From Erysipelothrix sp. (GTDB taxonomy: Bacteria; Bacillota_I; Bacilli_A; Erysipelotrichales; Erysipelotrichaceae): a stretch of DNA of 64,000 nucleotides. Numbering within the stretch: the stretch's first letter is position 1; every line of letters begins with the position of its first letter. The translations under genes were made by a program, and so were the position numbers. Of this stretch, positions 35,386 through 47,049 are shown one piece after another. The notes under the pieces were generated by a model. That model saw nothing but the letters and a program-made list of their open reading frames with translations, ran no database searches and had not been told where the DNA came from. The DNA is taken from the NCBI GenBank assembly GCA_012735275.1, contig JAAYHR010000026.1, positions 33,769-97,768 of the forward strand, given 5' to 3'.

Positions 35386-37917
35386 TTATTCAGTTTCTTC
35401 TTCAACGACATCTGTTTCCGCTACTTCTAAGTCAATAACTTCAGTATCAATCACTGTTTCACTAGCTTCTTCATCAATATCTTCATCTTTATCGATAATT
35501 GCGACTGCAGATACTTTCGAATCTTCAGTTAAGTTAATTAATTTAACTCCTTGCGTGTTTCTTGAGTATGTACCAACATCTTGGAGGTCAATTCTAATTA
35601 CTATTCCATTATCTGAAATAATCATTAGATCTTCTTCACCAGTTACGGCACGTAGTGCAATTAGTTCACCATTTCTCTCATTTAATTGAATTGAACGAAC
35701 ACCTTTACCACCACGTTTAGTTAAACGATATGTATCTAGTGGAGTTTTCTTACCAAATCCGTTTTCTGTAATTGATAAGATGAATTCTCCGCCACGGTTT
35801 GTAGCAACGCCGATAACATGGCTACCATCAGTATTGAATCCACGAACACCGAAGGCACTTCTACCCATCGCTCTTACGTCTGATTCATTAAATCTAACCG
35901 CATTACCGTTTGATCCACCGATAATGATCTCATCATCACCGTATGTTTGACGAACACCGACTAACTCATCGTCAGCTTTTAGTGCAATTGCAATCTTACC
36001 TGTTTGTCTAATTGAATCGAATTCTTCAATTTCAACACGTTTGACTAATCCTTCTTTAGTTACAAAGACAAAGTATTTAGTTTCTTTATCGCTTGTAGAG
36101 AAGATAGTATTAACTTCTTCACCTTCACTTAATTGAATTAGGTTAATAATTGGGATTCCTTTAGAAGTTCTGCCTGATGCAGGTACGCTATACCCTTTGA
36201 TTCTAAAGACTTTACCTTTATTAGTAAAGATCATTAGGTCATCATGCGTCGACATCTTAACGATTGAGTCAATTGTATCATCATCATTGATCGACATCCC
36301 TTTGATTCCACGTCCACCACGGCTTTGTGTACGATATGTATCCTCGTTAACACGTTTAATATAGCCATTGTTTGTTAAAGTAACGAAAATATCTTCAACT
36401 GGGATTAAGTCTTCATCTTCAAGACCAATTTCAGCGTTAGAAATCTCACTTCGGCGAACATCGCCAAATTTATTCTTAATTTCGATTAAATCTTCTTTAA
36501 TTATAGTTACTACTCGATCTTGGTTTGCTAAGATATCGCGTAAGTCCGCAATAGTAATTTGTAATGCTTCATGTTCACTTTCAATACGATCTCTTTGTAA
36601 TCCTGTTAATCGACGTAATTGCATATCTAGAATAGCTTTTGTTTGTCTTTCTGATAAAGCAAAACGTTTAGTTAATTCAGCTTGTGCTGATGCATCATCT
36701 GATGCTTTTCTAATAATTGAGATAATTTCATCAATATTATCTAGGGCAATTCTTAAACCTTCTAAGATATGCGCACGATCTTCAGCTTTATCTAAATCAA
36801 ATTGCGTCATTCTCGTAACAACTTCGATTTGGTGTTCAATATAATACTCTAATATCTCTTTTAGATTAAGTACACGCGGTACATTTCTTACTAGAGCTAG
36901 CATATTTACTCCAAATGTCGATTGTAATGGTGTCATTCGATATAATTGGTTTAAAATAACTTCTTCTTGAACGTCTTTTCTTAATTCAATAACAATTCTA
37001 ATCCCATTACGGTTAGATTCGTCTCTTAAGTCGGTAATACCTTCAATTTGCTTATCTCTAACTAATTGTGCAATTTTTTCAACTAAGCGTGATTTGTTTA
37101 CTTGATACGGAATTTCTTTAACAACTAAACGGACACGTCCATTCTTCAATGTCTCAGTTTCAATTTTTGCACGCATAATAACAGACCCACGGCCTGTTTC
37201 AAAAGCTTTTTTAATGCCTGAACGACCTAAAATGTAACCTCCGGTTGGGAAGTCTGGTCCGTAAATATGTTTTTCCATTAATTCTAAGATAGTAATCTCA
37301 GGATTTTCCATAACTGCGATTGTCGCATCAATAGTTTCACCTAAGTTATGTGGTGGAATATTTGTCGCCATACCAACTGCGATACCTGTTGTACCGTTAA
37401 CTAGTAAGTTTGGTATTCTCGCTGGTAAAACTGATGGTTCTGTTTCTTCACCATCGTAGTTGTCGACAAAGTTTACTGTGTTTTTATTTAAGTCACGTAA
37501 CATTTCCATGGATATTTTTGACATACGAGCTTCGGTATAACGCATTGCTGCTGCACCGTCTCCATCAATTGATCCAAAGTTACCATGACCATCGATTAAT
37601 TCATAACGATATGAGAAGTCTTGTGACATTCTAACCATTGATTCATAAATTGCCGAGTCACCGTGTGGGTGATATTTACCCATAACGTCCCCAACAATTC
37701 TTGCTGATTTCTTGTGTGGTTTATCACTGTACATACCTAAATCATTCATTGTATAAAGGATTCTACGGTGTACTGGCTTTAATCCGTCTCGAACATCTGG
37801 TAAAGCACGGGATACGATAACTGACATGGAGTAATCTAGGAAAGATGTTTTAATTTCTTTGGATATATCGCGTGTTTTTACATTATCATGTTCTAAAAAT
37901 TCACTATCTTTACTCAT
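35386..37917 (-). CDS. gyrA: DNA gyrase subunit A
   Basis: 843 aa. [24 protein letters not shown], the [19 protein letters not shown], the active-site [10 protein letters not shown], and an acidic C-terminal tail. Confidence 0.97.
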   Translation of the reverse strand: MSKDSEFLEHDNVKTRDISKEIKTSFLDYSMSVIVSRALPDVRDGLKPVHRRILYTMNDLGMYSDKPHKKSARIVGDVMGKYHPHGDSAIYESMVRMSQDFSYRYELIDGHGNFGSIDGDGAAAMRYTEARMSKISMEMLRDLNKNTVNFVDNYDGEETEPSVLPARIPNLLVNGTTGIAVGMATNIPPHNLGETIDATIAVMENPEITILELMEKHIYGPDFPTGGYILGRSGIKKAFETGRGSVIMRAKIETETLKNGRVRLVVKEIPYQVNKSRLVEKIAQLVRDKQIEGITDLRDESNRNGIRIVIELRKDVQEEVILNQLYRMTPLQSTFGVNMLALVRNVPRVLNLKEILEYYIEHQIEVVTRMTQFDLDKAEDRAHILEGLRIALDNIDEIISIIRKASDDASAQAELTKRFALSERQTKAILDMQLRRLTGLQRDRIESEHEALQITIADLRDILANQDRVVTIIKEDLIEIKNKFGDVRRSEISNAEIGLEDEDLIPVEDIFVTLTNNGYIKRVNEDTYRTQSRGGRGIKGMSINDDDTIDSIVKMSTHDDLMIFTNKGKVFRIKGYSVPASGRTSKGIPIINLIQLSEGEEVNTIFSTSDKETKYFVFVTKEGLVKRVEIEEFDSIRQTGKIAIALKADDELVGVRQTYGDDEIIIGGSNGNAVRFNESDVRAMGRSAFGVRGFNTDGSHVIGVATNRGGEFILSITENGFGKKTPLDTYRLTKRGGKGVRSIQLNERNGELIALRAVTGEEDLMIISDNGIVIRIDLQDVGTYSRNTQGVKLINLTEDSKVSAVAIIDKDEDIDEEASETVIDTEVIDLEVAETDVVEEETE

Positions 37918-37926
37918 AAATACCTC

Positions 37927-40917
<2,991 letters not shown>

Positions 40918-40928
<11 letters not shown>

Positions 40929-41124
40929 TTTTTATAGTTATGACTTGATCATCAATTTTTATAATATCTCCTGGATACAATTTTTTTCCGCGGCGATTCT
41001 CTTCTTCGCCATTTACTGTTATTTCAGACTCTTGCAGTAAGTATTTGATATCTCCACCTGAGTGGGCCAAACCTGCAAACTTCATTAATTGTCCTAAAGT
41101 AATGTATTCAGTCTTTATTATCAT
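40918..41124 (-). CDS. yaaA: S4 domain-containing RNA-binding protein YaaA
   Basis: ITLGQLMKFAGLAHSGGDIKYLL....I.VNGE.E.RRGKKL..GD is the typical YaaA pattern. ATG 41122-41124 has an AAGGAG SD 7 nt upstream. Confidence 0.85.
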
Positions 41125-41201
41125 CAAATCACTCCTTAAATAATGCATTTTACTATGATATTATATCATAAATACCGTTTTAAATCCATTTTAAGGACAA
41201 T

Positions 41202-41229
41202 AAAAAAAATCAGTACATTTGTACTGATT
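41202..41229 (-). terminator. intrinsic terminator after dnaN
   Basis: On the minus strand, ATCAGTACA-AAT-GTACTGAT followed by TTTTTTTT. Confidence 0.8.
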
Positions 41230-42350
41230 TAGTAGTTTGTTCTTACTGGTAAAATTAAATGCGTTGAATTCAAGTCATCGACTTCACGAACAACGAATGG
41301 TTTCATCTCACCTTCGAAAGATATTTTAATATTTGATCCTTCAATAGCACGAATTGCTTCTGATAAGAATTTACCTGAGAAGGATATTTTAATTGGTTCT
41401 CCTTCATATTCATATTTAATAATTTCTTCAACTGAAGATCCAACTTCTTGTGATTTACTTGAAACAATAAATTCATTTTCTGAAATTTGGAAGTTTACGA
41501 TTGATACTCCATCAATACTTTTAATAAATGATGCACGATCAATAGCGTTTAATAGGTCTCTTGAGTCGAGTGTAATAATTGTTTGAAATGCATTTGGAAT
41601 AAAACGATTAGTATCTGGGAAAATTCCATCAATTAATCTATTTTGAATAATCATGTCTTCAAAGTAGAATTGAACCTTCTTATCTGATACAGCAATTTCA
41701 ACTTCACTATTTTTATCAATGATTCTAGCAATTTTTAATAGTGATGAAGCTGGAATGATAAAGTTAATTTCATCTTCACATTTAATTATCTGTGTTTTTC
41801 TAGCTAAACGGTTACTATCAGTTGCAGCAAATGTAAGTTCTTTATTCTCTACAGTAATATTAACTCCAGTTAAGATAGGTCTATTTTCACGATCAGTCGT
41901 TGCAAAACTTGTTTGGACGATCATCTTTTGTAAGTCATTAGCAGAAATTTTAAATGATTCTTGTGGTTTAGAGAAATCAATTAATGGATAATCACTTGTT
42001 GGAACACCATTAATCTTAAACTCTGTATTACCACCTGATATTTTAGTTAAGTAACCATCAGCAATTTCAACTTCAATTGTAGATGAGTCAATTTTTCTAA
42101 CGATATCTAAAATATACTTACCTTCAATAACAATTGAACCTTCTTTATATATAACTAATTGATTATCTTCATCACTCTTTACAATATCGAAGATTGACAT
42201 ATCAGAATCACTTGCAGTTAATTCAATTTGGTTATTAGCAATCACGATTTTAATTCCTGATAAAGCTGGAATTGGTGAACTTGCTGAAATAGCTCTTGCG
42301 ACTTTATCTAGTGCCTGATAAAAAGTTTTCTTTGAAATTTTAAAATGCAT
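41229..42350 (-). CDS. dnaN: DNA polymerase III subunit beta (sliding clamp)
   Basis: 373 aa with three-domain clamp pattern. The N-terminus reads MHFKISKKTFYQALDKVARAIS...PALSGIKI. Located immediately downstream of dnaA. Confidence 0.95.
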   Translation of the reverse strand: MHFKISKKTFYQALDKVARAISASSPIPALSGIKIVIANNQIELTASDSDMSIFDIVKSDEDNQLVIYKEGSIVIEGKYILDIVRKIDSSTIEVEIADGYLTKISGGNTEFKINGVPTSDYPLIDFSKPQESFKISANDLQKMIVQTSFATTDRENRPILTGVNITVENKELTFAATDSNRLARKTQIIKCEDEINFIIPASSLLKIARIIDKNSEVEIAVSDKKVQFYFEDMIIQNRLIDGIFPDTNRFIPNAFQTIITLDSRDLLNAIDRASFIKSIDGVSIVNFQISENEFIVSSKSQEVGSSVEEIIKYEYEGEPIKISFSGKFLSEAIRAIEGSNIKISFEGEMKPFVVREVDDLNSTHLILPVRTNY

Positions 42351-42494
42351 AATATTTCCTCCTATTTATTACTATATTTAAGTACTTATTATTATTAGGG
42401 CTGTGGATACTGTGGATAAGTTTCTAAAACCCTTTGTTTAAAGCCTATAACCGACTTTTTAGCCTGTTTATAACTTGTTTATAACTGTGTATAA
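42351..42494. other. oriC, dnaA-dnaN spacer module: DnaA boxes, GC clamp, DnaA-trio-like (TAA)x4, AT-rich unwinding region
   Basis: Read on the minus strand: three phased degenerate boxes TTATACACA / TTATAAACA / TTATAAACA (42465-42494), TTATCCACA (42411-42419), GTATCCACA (42402-42410), GCCC, TAATAATAATAA (42386-42397), then about 30 nt of nearly pure AT before the dnaN SD. Confidence 0.8.
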
Positions 42495-43871
42495 CTAATT
42501 AGATAATATTTTGTTCTCAATCTCTGCAACTGCGACTTTATAGCTCTTATCTGTCTTTAATTTATCACTTATCTTGTCATAAGCGTTAATTACAGTTGAG
42601 TGATCTCTACCCCCAAATGAATTTCCTATTTGAGTATAAGATAAATCTAAATGTTTTCTAACTAAGAACATTGAGATATGACGTGCATTAACAATTATTC
42701 TTGTTCTATTTTTTGAATCTATTTGTTTAATCGTTAATCCATAGTAATTTGCGACTGTGCTTTTAATTGAATCAAGACTAATTATGTCATTAGCTTTTTT
42801 AGATTCATTCTTAAAGGCTTTAGTTGCGATCTTCATTGTAATCTGATCTTCTTTACCAAAGTTGATTGAATAAAAGATTACCCTATTTAAGGCTCCTTCT
42901 AGTTTTCTAACGTCTTTTGCAAAGTGTGTTGCTAAATAAGAAATAACATCATCATCGATATTATCTGGGTTAATCATTTGTTGTTCCAGTTTTTTAATAA
43001 GGATTGCATAAGCTACTTCAAACTCTGGTGAATCAACACTTGATGATAAACCAGAATAGAAACGAGAAATTAATCGATCGTCTAAACCATTGATTTCTGT
43101 TGGTGGCTTATCACTGGTAATTACAATCTGCTTACGATTATTAACTAGTTCGTTAAAAATCGAGAAAAATATCTCATGTGATTTATCTTTTCCTGATAAG
43201 AATTGAATATCATCAATTAATAATATGTCTAAATTGTACATATCTTGTTTGAATTCTTCAGTGTTCTTATCTCTAAAGCTGTTTACGACCCGCGTTACAT
43301 AATCATTACTCGTAATATAGAGAACTTTTAGATCTTTATTGTTCTTTTTTGAGTAATTTCCAATTGCATGGAGTAAATGTGTTTTACCAAGCCCTGAATT
43401 ACCATATATAAATAAAGGGTTATAAAACTCACCTGGTTGAATTGCTGATGCTAAAGCTGCAGCATGCGATTCTTTATTACTTTCTCCAACGACAAAATTA
43501 TCAAATGTATATTGCGCTTGTAAGTTATCAACTAAATCAATTTCTAAATCTAGTTTAAGGTTGGTTTTTCTTTCTTCACTTTGGCCTATTAAAACATCTA
43601 ACTCATCGGAATTATAAATTTCAACATTATAATTACCGCCCAAATGCTTATTAGAGGTTTCAGTAATAACACCAATAAACTTTTCTAAAATCATTTTGTC
43701 CATATTTGAACCAACTTTAAGTCTAATTATGTTATTTTTTGTAATTTCGTATATTTCCGCGCTTGTAAAGTAAGTAGTGTACACAACTGGATCAATTGCT
43801 TCTGTATTTTTTGATAAATCTTCCGAGATTTTCTTCCAAATATTTTTTAAGTAAGAATTTTCTTCCGACAT
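42495..43871 (-). CDS. dnaA: chromosomal replication initiator protein DnaA
   Basis: Walker A GNSGLGKTHLLHA, Walker B LLIDDIQF, and the domain IV DNA-binding helix GGRDHSTV. ATG 43869-43871 follows a GAAGGTGGTG SD; the track ORF starts 27 nt upstream. Confidence 0.97.
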   Translation of the reverse strand: MSEENSYLKNIWKKISEDLSKNTEAIDPVVYTTYFTSAEIYEITKNNIIRLKVGSNMDKMILEKFIGVITETSNKHLGGNYNVEIYNSDELDVLIGQSEERKTNLKLDLEIDLVDNLQAQYTFDNFVVGESNKESHAAALASAIQPGEFYNPLFIYGNSGLGKTHLLHAIGNYSKKNNKDLKVLYITSNDYVTRVVNSFRDKNTEEFKQDMYNLDILLIDDIQFLSGKDKSHEIFFSIFNELVNNRKQIVITSDKPPTEINGLDDRLISRFYSGLSSSVDSPEFEVAYAILIKKLEQQMINPDNIDDDVISYLATHFAKDVRKLEGALNRVIFYSINFGKEDQITMKIATKAFKNESKKANDIISLDSIKSTVANYYGLTIKQIDSKNRTRIIVNARHISMFLVRKHLDLSYTQIGNSFGGRDHSTVINAYDKISDKLKTDKSYKVAVAEIENKILSN

Positions 43872-43898
43872 TAGTTCACCACCTTCAATTATTATCAT

Positions 43899-44330
43899 TT
43901 TACCTTAATTTTAAGATAAATTAAAGCCATTAAATGGAATAAATTCTTATCCACAAAAATATAATCTTAAAAGCCGACTCTTAAAGGCTCTAAATGACTT
44001 ATCCACAACTATCCACATAATCCACCGTGTATATCTTGTGCACAAGTTTTATTGAAAAAATCACCGTGAATAAAAAATTGTTCATAACTGTGGATAAACT
44101 AAGCCGATATTTTTGAAAATGTTTGTTGATAGATTTCAAAAACCCTTATAAACACTAAGTTTAATTAGTTATGCACATTATCCACACACTGTGGATAATA
44201 TAGAAAATAATCCTGTTAATAAGCCGGGGATATAAAGAGTTATCCACAGGTAATTTGGGTTTAAGAACAAAACTATTGAAAATCAGCAAAAACAGCTGAT
44301 TTTCGCTCATCATAATAAATACTTGATTTC
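43899..44330. other. oriC, dnaA-upstream DnaA-box cluster
   Basis: Perfect TTATCCACA/TGTGGATAA 9-mers at 43947-43955, 43999-44007, 44089-44097, 44178-44186, 44190-44198 and 44240-44248. Near-perfect boxes at 44009-44017 (CTATCCACA) and 44018-44026 (TAATCCACC). Confidence 0.9.
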
Positions 44331-44332
44331 AA

Positions 44333-44361
44333 TTGACTTTGATATGTATTTTATGTATAAT
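44333..44361 (+). promoter_or_regulatory. sigma-A type promoter of rpmH
   Basis: TTGACT (44333-44338), a 17-nt spacer, then TATAAT (44356-44361). Confidence 0.7.
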
Positions 44362-44432
44362 CTACTAGCAAATACTATCTATAAGATAAGTAGTTTGAAG
44401 TATAAAGAAAACAGAATTGGAGGTAACTTTAT

Positions 44433-44567
44433 ATGAAAAGAACATATCAGCCAAGTAAACGAAAAAGAAAAAAAGTTCACGGTTTTAGAGCAAGAATGTC
44501 TACACCATCAGGTCGTAGAGTTTTAGCACGCCGTAGAAAAAAAGGCAGAAAGGTATTGTCAGCATAA
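44433..44567 (+). CDS. rpmH: 50S ribosomal protein L34
   Basis: Not in the ORF track because it is under 60 aa. Translation [44 protein letters not shown] is canonical L34. A GGAGG SD lies at 44419-44423. Confidence 0.95.
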   Translation: MKRTYQPSKRKRKKVHGFRARMSTPSGRRVLARRRKKGRKVLSA

Positions 44568-44571
44568 AACT

Positions 44572-44594
44572 GTCACCATTTGGTGACTTTTTTA
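44572..44594 (+). terminator. hairpin plus T-run between rpmH and rnpA (terminator or attenuator)
   Basis: GTCACC-ATTT-GGTGAC followed by TTTTTTAT. Confidence 0.6.
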
Positions 44595-44604
44595 TAATGT
44601 TAAT

Positions 44605-44943
44605 ATGAAAAAAATAAATAGAATAAGAAGAGCTGAAGAGTTTCAAGGTTTAATCGAAAAGAAGAAATCAGATTTGAATAAATATTTTGTGATCTATCAC
44701 CAAGCAAAATCAGAGGATCATGCACGCGTTGGTATATCAGTTGGAAAAAAATTAGCTAATGCAGTATATAGGAATAAGACTAAAAGACAAATTAGAATGA
44801 TGATGCAAACTATATTTGAAGATTCATACTCATTTGATGCAATTGTTATAGTTAGATATAAATATTTTACTGAGGATTATGAAACTAATTTAAAGCAACT
44901 ACAAGAATTATTTAAGCAAATAGAAAAAAGGAGATATAATTAA
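44605..44943 (+). CDS. rnpA: ribonuclease P protein component
   Basis: 112 aa and basic. Contains R.G..V.KK...AV.RN..KR..R (RNR motif). Downstream of rpmH. Confidence 0.9.
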   Translation: MKKINRIRRAEEFQGLIEKKKSDLNKYFVIYHQAKSEDHARVGISVGKKLANAVYRNKTKRQIRMMMQTIFEDSYSFDAIVIVRYKYFTEDYETNLKQLQELFKQIEKRRYN

Positions 44944-45842
44944 TGAATCAATTTTCTAAGAATCAAAAAAGAGTATTTATGATAATTATCGTATTACTCG
45001 TATTAGTTGGTTGTGCTCGTCCAGAAGCTGGAGACCCAAGTCAACTATATTCTCTCCAAACATCATTTACAGATGTATGGGCAGTAAGTAAGTTTAATGC
45101 TTTATTCGTATTACCAATTACTTATGTTATTAACTACGTAATTGAAGTACTTGACTGGGGTATTATTCTTGGTATCGGTATTGCAACAGTTGTTGTTAAC
45201 TTAATTACTTTACCATTAATGGTTAGTTCTCAAAAAGGTTCAAGTAAGATGCAGTTAATTCAACCGCAAATTAGTAAAATTGAGAAAAAGTATGAAAACC
45301 GTACAGATCAACAATCAGTAATGATGAAAACTCAAGAAATTCAAAAGTTATACAAAGATAATGATATTAAAATGTTCTCGACTTTATTAGGATCATTTAT
45401 TCCATTACCATTATTAATGGCAATGTTATCAGCTGTATACTATGCAAGTTCATTACAAGGAAAAGCAAACTTAGTTATGGGTGCTGACTTAAACTTAAAA
45501 CCATTTGATGGATTTAAAGCAGGACCAAACTCATGGTTATACGTTGTTATTATTGTATTAATGATTGCAACACAATATGTATCAATGAAATTACCACAGT
45601 ATTTAACAAAGAAACGTTTAGAAGCAGATCGTTCATATAAAAAATATGATCAAGCTCAAGTAGCAAAAGACCCAATGGGTGGAATGACAAACATGATGAT
45701 CTTTATGATGATCTTCATTGCTGTAACAACACCAACAACAATGTCTATTTACTACATCTTCTCATCACTGATGGCAGTGTTAAGAACTTATCTAGGTGAT
45801 GTAATGGTTCAAAAAGAATCTAATAAAACTCAAAAAAGGTAG
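44943..45842 (+). CDS. yidC: YidC/Oxa1 family membrane protein insertase (lipoprotein-type, LVGC lipobox)
   Basis: 299 aa. Lipobox LVGC at residues 21-24, a 5-TM Oxa1 core, and a basic C-tail. rnpA-yidC-jag synteny. Confidence 0.9.
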   Translation: MNQFSKNQKRVFMIIIVLLVLVGCARPEAGDPSQLYSLQTSFTDVWAVSKFNALFVLPITYVINYVIEVLDWGIILGIGIATVVVNLITLPLMVSSQKGSSKMQLIQPQISKIEKKYENRTDQQSVMMKTQEIQKLYKDNDIKMFSTLLGSFIPLPLLMAMLSAVYYASSLQGKANLVMGADLNLKPFDGFKAGPNSWLYVVIIVLMIATQYVSMKLPQYLTKKRLEADRSYKKYDQAQVAKDPMGGMTNMMIFMMIFIAVTTPTTMSIYYIFSSLMAVLRTYLGDVMVQKESNKTQKR

Positions 45843-45849
45843 GTAAAGA

Positions 45850-46449
45850 ATGAAAACATATAGCGGAGAAACAGTTAAGCAAATTTTAGATGATATTGCA
45901 TATGAAGAAGGTATTGATCCATCATTAATTCATTACAATGTTGCTACAAAAAATGAAGATGGTGTCACAATTAACGTATTTACAGATTCTGACATAATTG
46001 ATTTTATAAAAGAGTATATTGAAACATTCTTTTATAATATACAACAGACTGTTCACGTTGATGTTCACTATTCCGATGAAATGTTCCGTATCTTTGTAAA
46101 TGCTCAAAACAACAGTGTTGTTATTGGTAAAGACGGAAATACATTACAAGCATTCACGAATTTAATTAGATCTGCAACTAACTCACACTTTAAAAAGAAC
46201 TTGAAGTTAGTTATGGATGTTAATAACTATAAAGCAAATATATATGAAAAACTTGAATCAGTTGTCTATAAAGTGGCACGTGAAGTCCAAGAATCTAAGA
46301 TCGATGCGACATTAGATTTCTTACCAAGTGACCAAAGACGTGTAGCCCACAATTATTTAAGTGGTATGCCAAATATAAGAACTGTCAGTATCGGTCAAGG
46401 AAAAGATAGACGATTAGTTATTAAGTATGTAGAAAACGAAGAAAACTAA
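45850..46449 (+). CDS. jag: Jag/KhpB RNA-binding protein (Jag_N, KH, R3H)
   Basis: 199 aa. KH-like GKDGNTLQAF and a C-terminal R3H-like region (R.VAHNYL...VSIGQGKDRRLVI). Confidence 0.85.
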   Translation: MKTYSGETVKQILDDIAYEEGIDPSLIHYNVATKNEDGVTINVFTDSDIIDFIKEYIETFFYNIQQTVHVDVHYSDEMFRIFVNAQNNSVVIGKDGNTLQAFTNLIRSATNSHFKKNLKLVMDVNNYKANIYEKLESVVYKVAREVQESKIDATLDFLPSDQRRVAHNYLSGMPNIRTVSIGQGKDRRLVIKYVENEEN

Positions 46450-46472
46450 GAAGGCTAACGCCTTCTTTCTTA
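46448..46472 (+). terminator. hairpin after jag (weak terminator)
   Basis: AGAAGGC-TAAC-GCCTTCT followed by a T-rich tract. Confidence 0.5.
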
Positions 46473-46486
46473 TTATTGGAGGGTTT

Positions 46487-47041
46487 ATGAAATTAATAGT
46501 TGGAATTGGTAATCCAGGAAAACAATATGAAAATACAAGACATAATGTCGGCTTTATGGCACTGGATGCGATTGCTAAAGCCCATAATGTTGATTTTAAT
46601 GAAAGTAAATTTAAATCGATTTATACAACAATCAGAGTAAATGGTGAAAAGGTAATCTTAATGAAACCAGAAACTTACGTAAACTTATCAGGCACAGCGC
46701 TAATATCAATGATGAACTACTTTAATATTGATAAAGATGATGTTTTAGTAATTTATGATGATTTAGCACTACCGGTCGGAAAAGTTCGTGTTCGACCAAA
46801 AGGATCAGGTGGCGGTCATAATGGTATTAAAAATATTGCTAGCCATTTAAAAACAAGCGATGTTAAGCAATTTAGAATTGGGATTGGAAACAATCCAATA
46901 ATGAACCGTGCTGACTATGTATTAGGTAAATTTTCAAAAGAAGATATGGAAATACTCAAAATGGTCTTCAAAAAGTTAGAATATTTACCAGAAGATTTAG
47001 AACATCTAACATTCTCAGACTTCATGAGTAAGTATAATTAA
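46487..47041 (+). CDS. pth: peptidyl-tRNA hydrolase
   Basis: MKLIVGIGNPG..Y..TRHNVGF and GGHNG.K. 184 aa. Confidence 0.95.
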   Translation: MKLIVGIGNPGKQYENTRHNVGFMALDAIAKAHNVDFNESKFKSIYTTIRVNGEKVILMKPETYVNLSGTALISMMNYFNIDKDDVLVIYDDLALPVGKVRVRPKGSGGGHNGIKNIASHLKTSDVKQFRIGIGNNPIMNRADYVLGKFSKEDMEILKMVFKKLEYLPEDLEHLTFSDFMSKYN

Positions 47042-47049
47042 GGATTAAT

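Noticed and set aside
36368-36844. 158-aa plus-strand ORF antisense to gyrA. Similar antisense ORFs occur at 35381-35689, 37410-37634, 38312-38680, 38711-38941, 39617-39805, 40675-41040 and 41719-41991.
   Set aside because: All lie entirely inside strongly supported essential genes on the other strand. Their translations are low-complexity (Ser/Ile/Leu-rich) and none has an SD. These are typical shadow ORFs of AT-rich coding DNA.
43899-44330. The repeated 9-mers could superficially look like a short repeat array or CRISPR.
   Set aside because: The repeats are 9-bp TTATCCACA DnaA boxes in both orientations with irregular spacing, located between dnaA and rpmH. There are no 24-40-bp direct repeats, no uniform spacers and no cas genes anywhere in the window.
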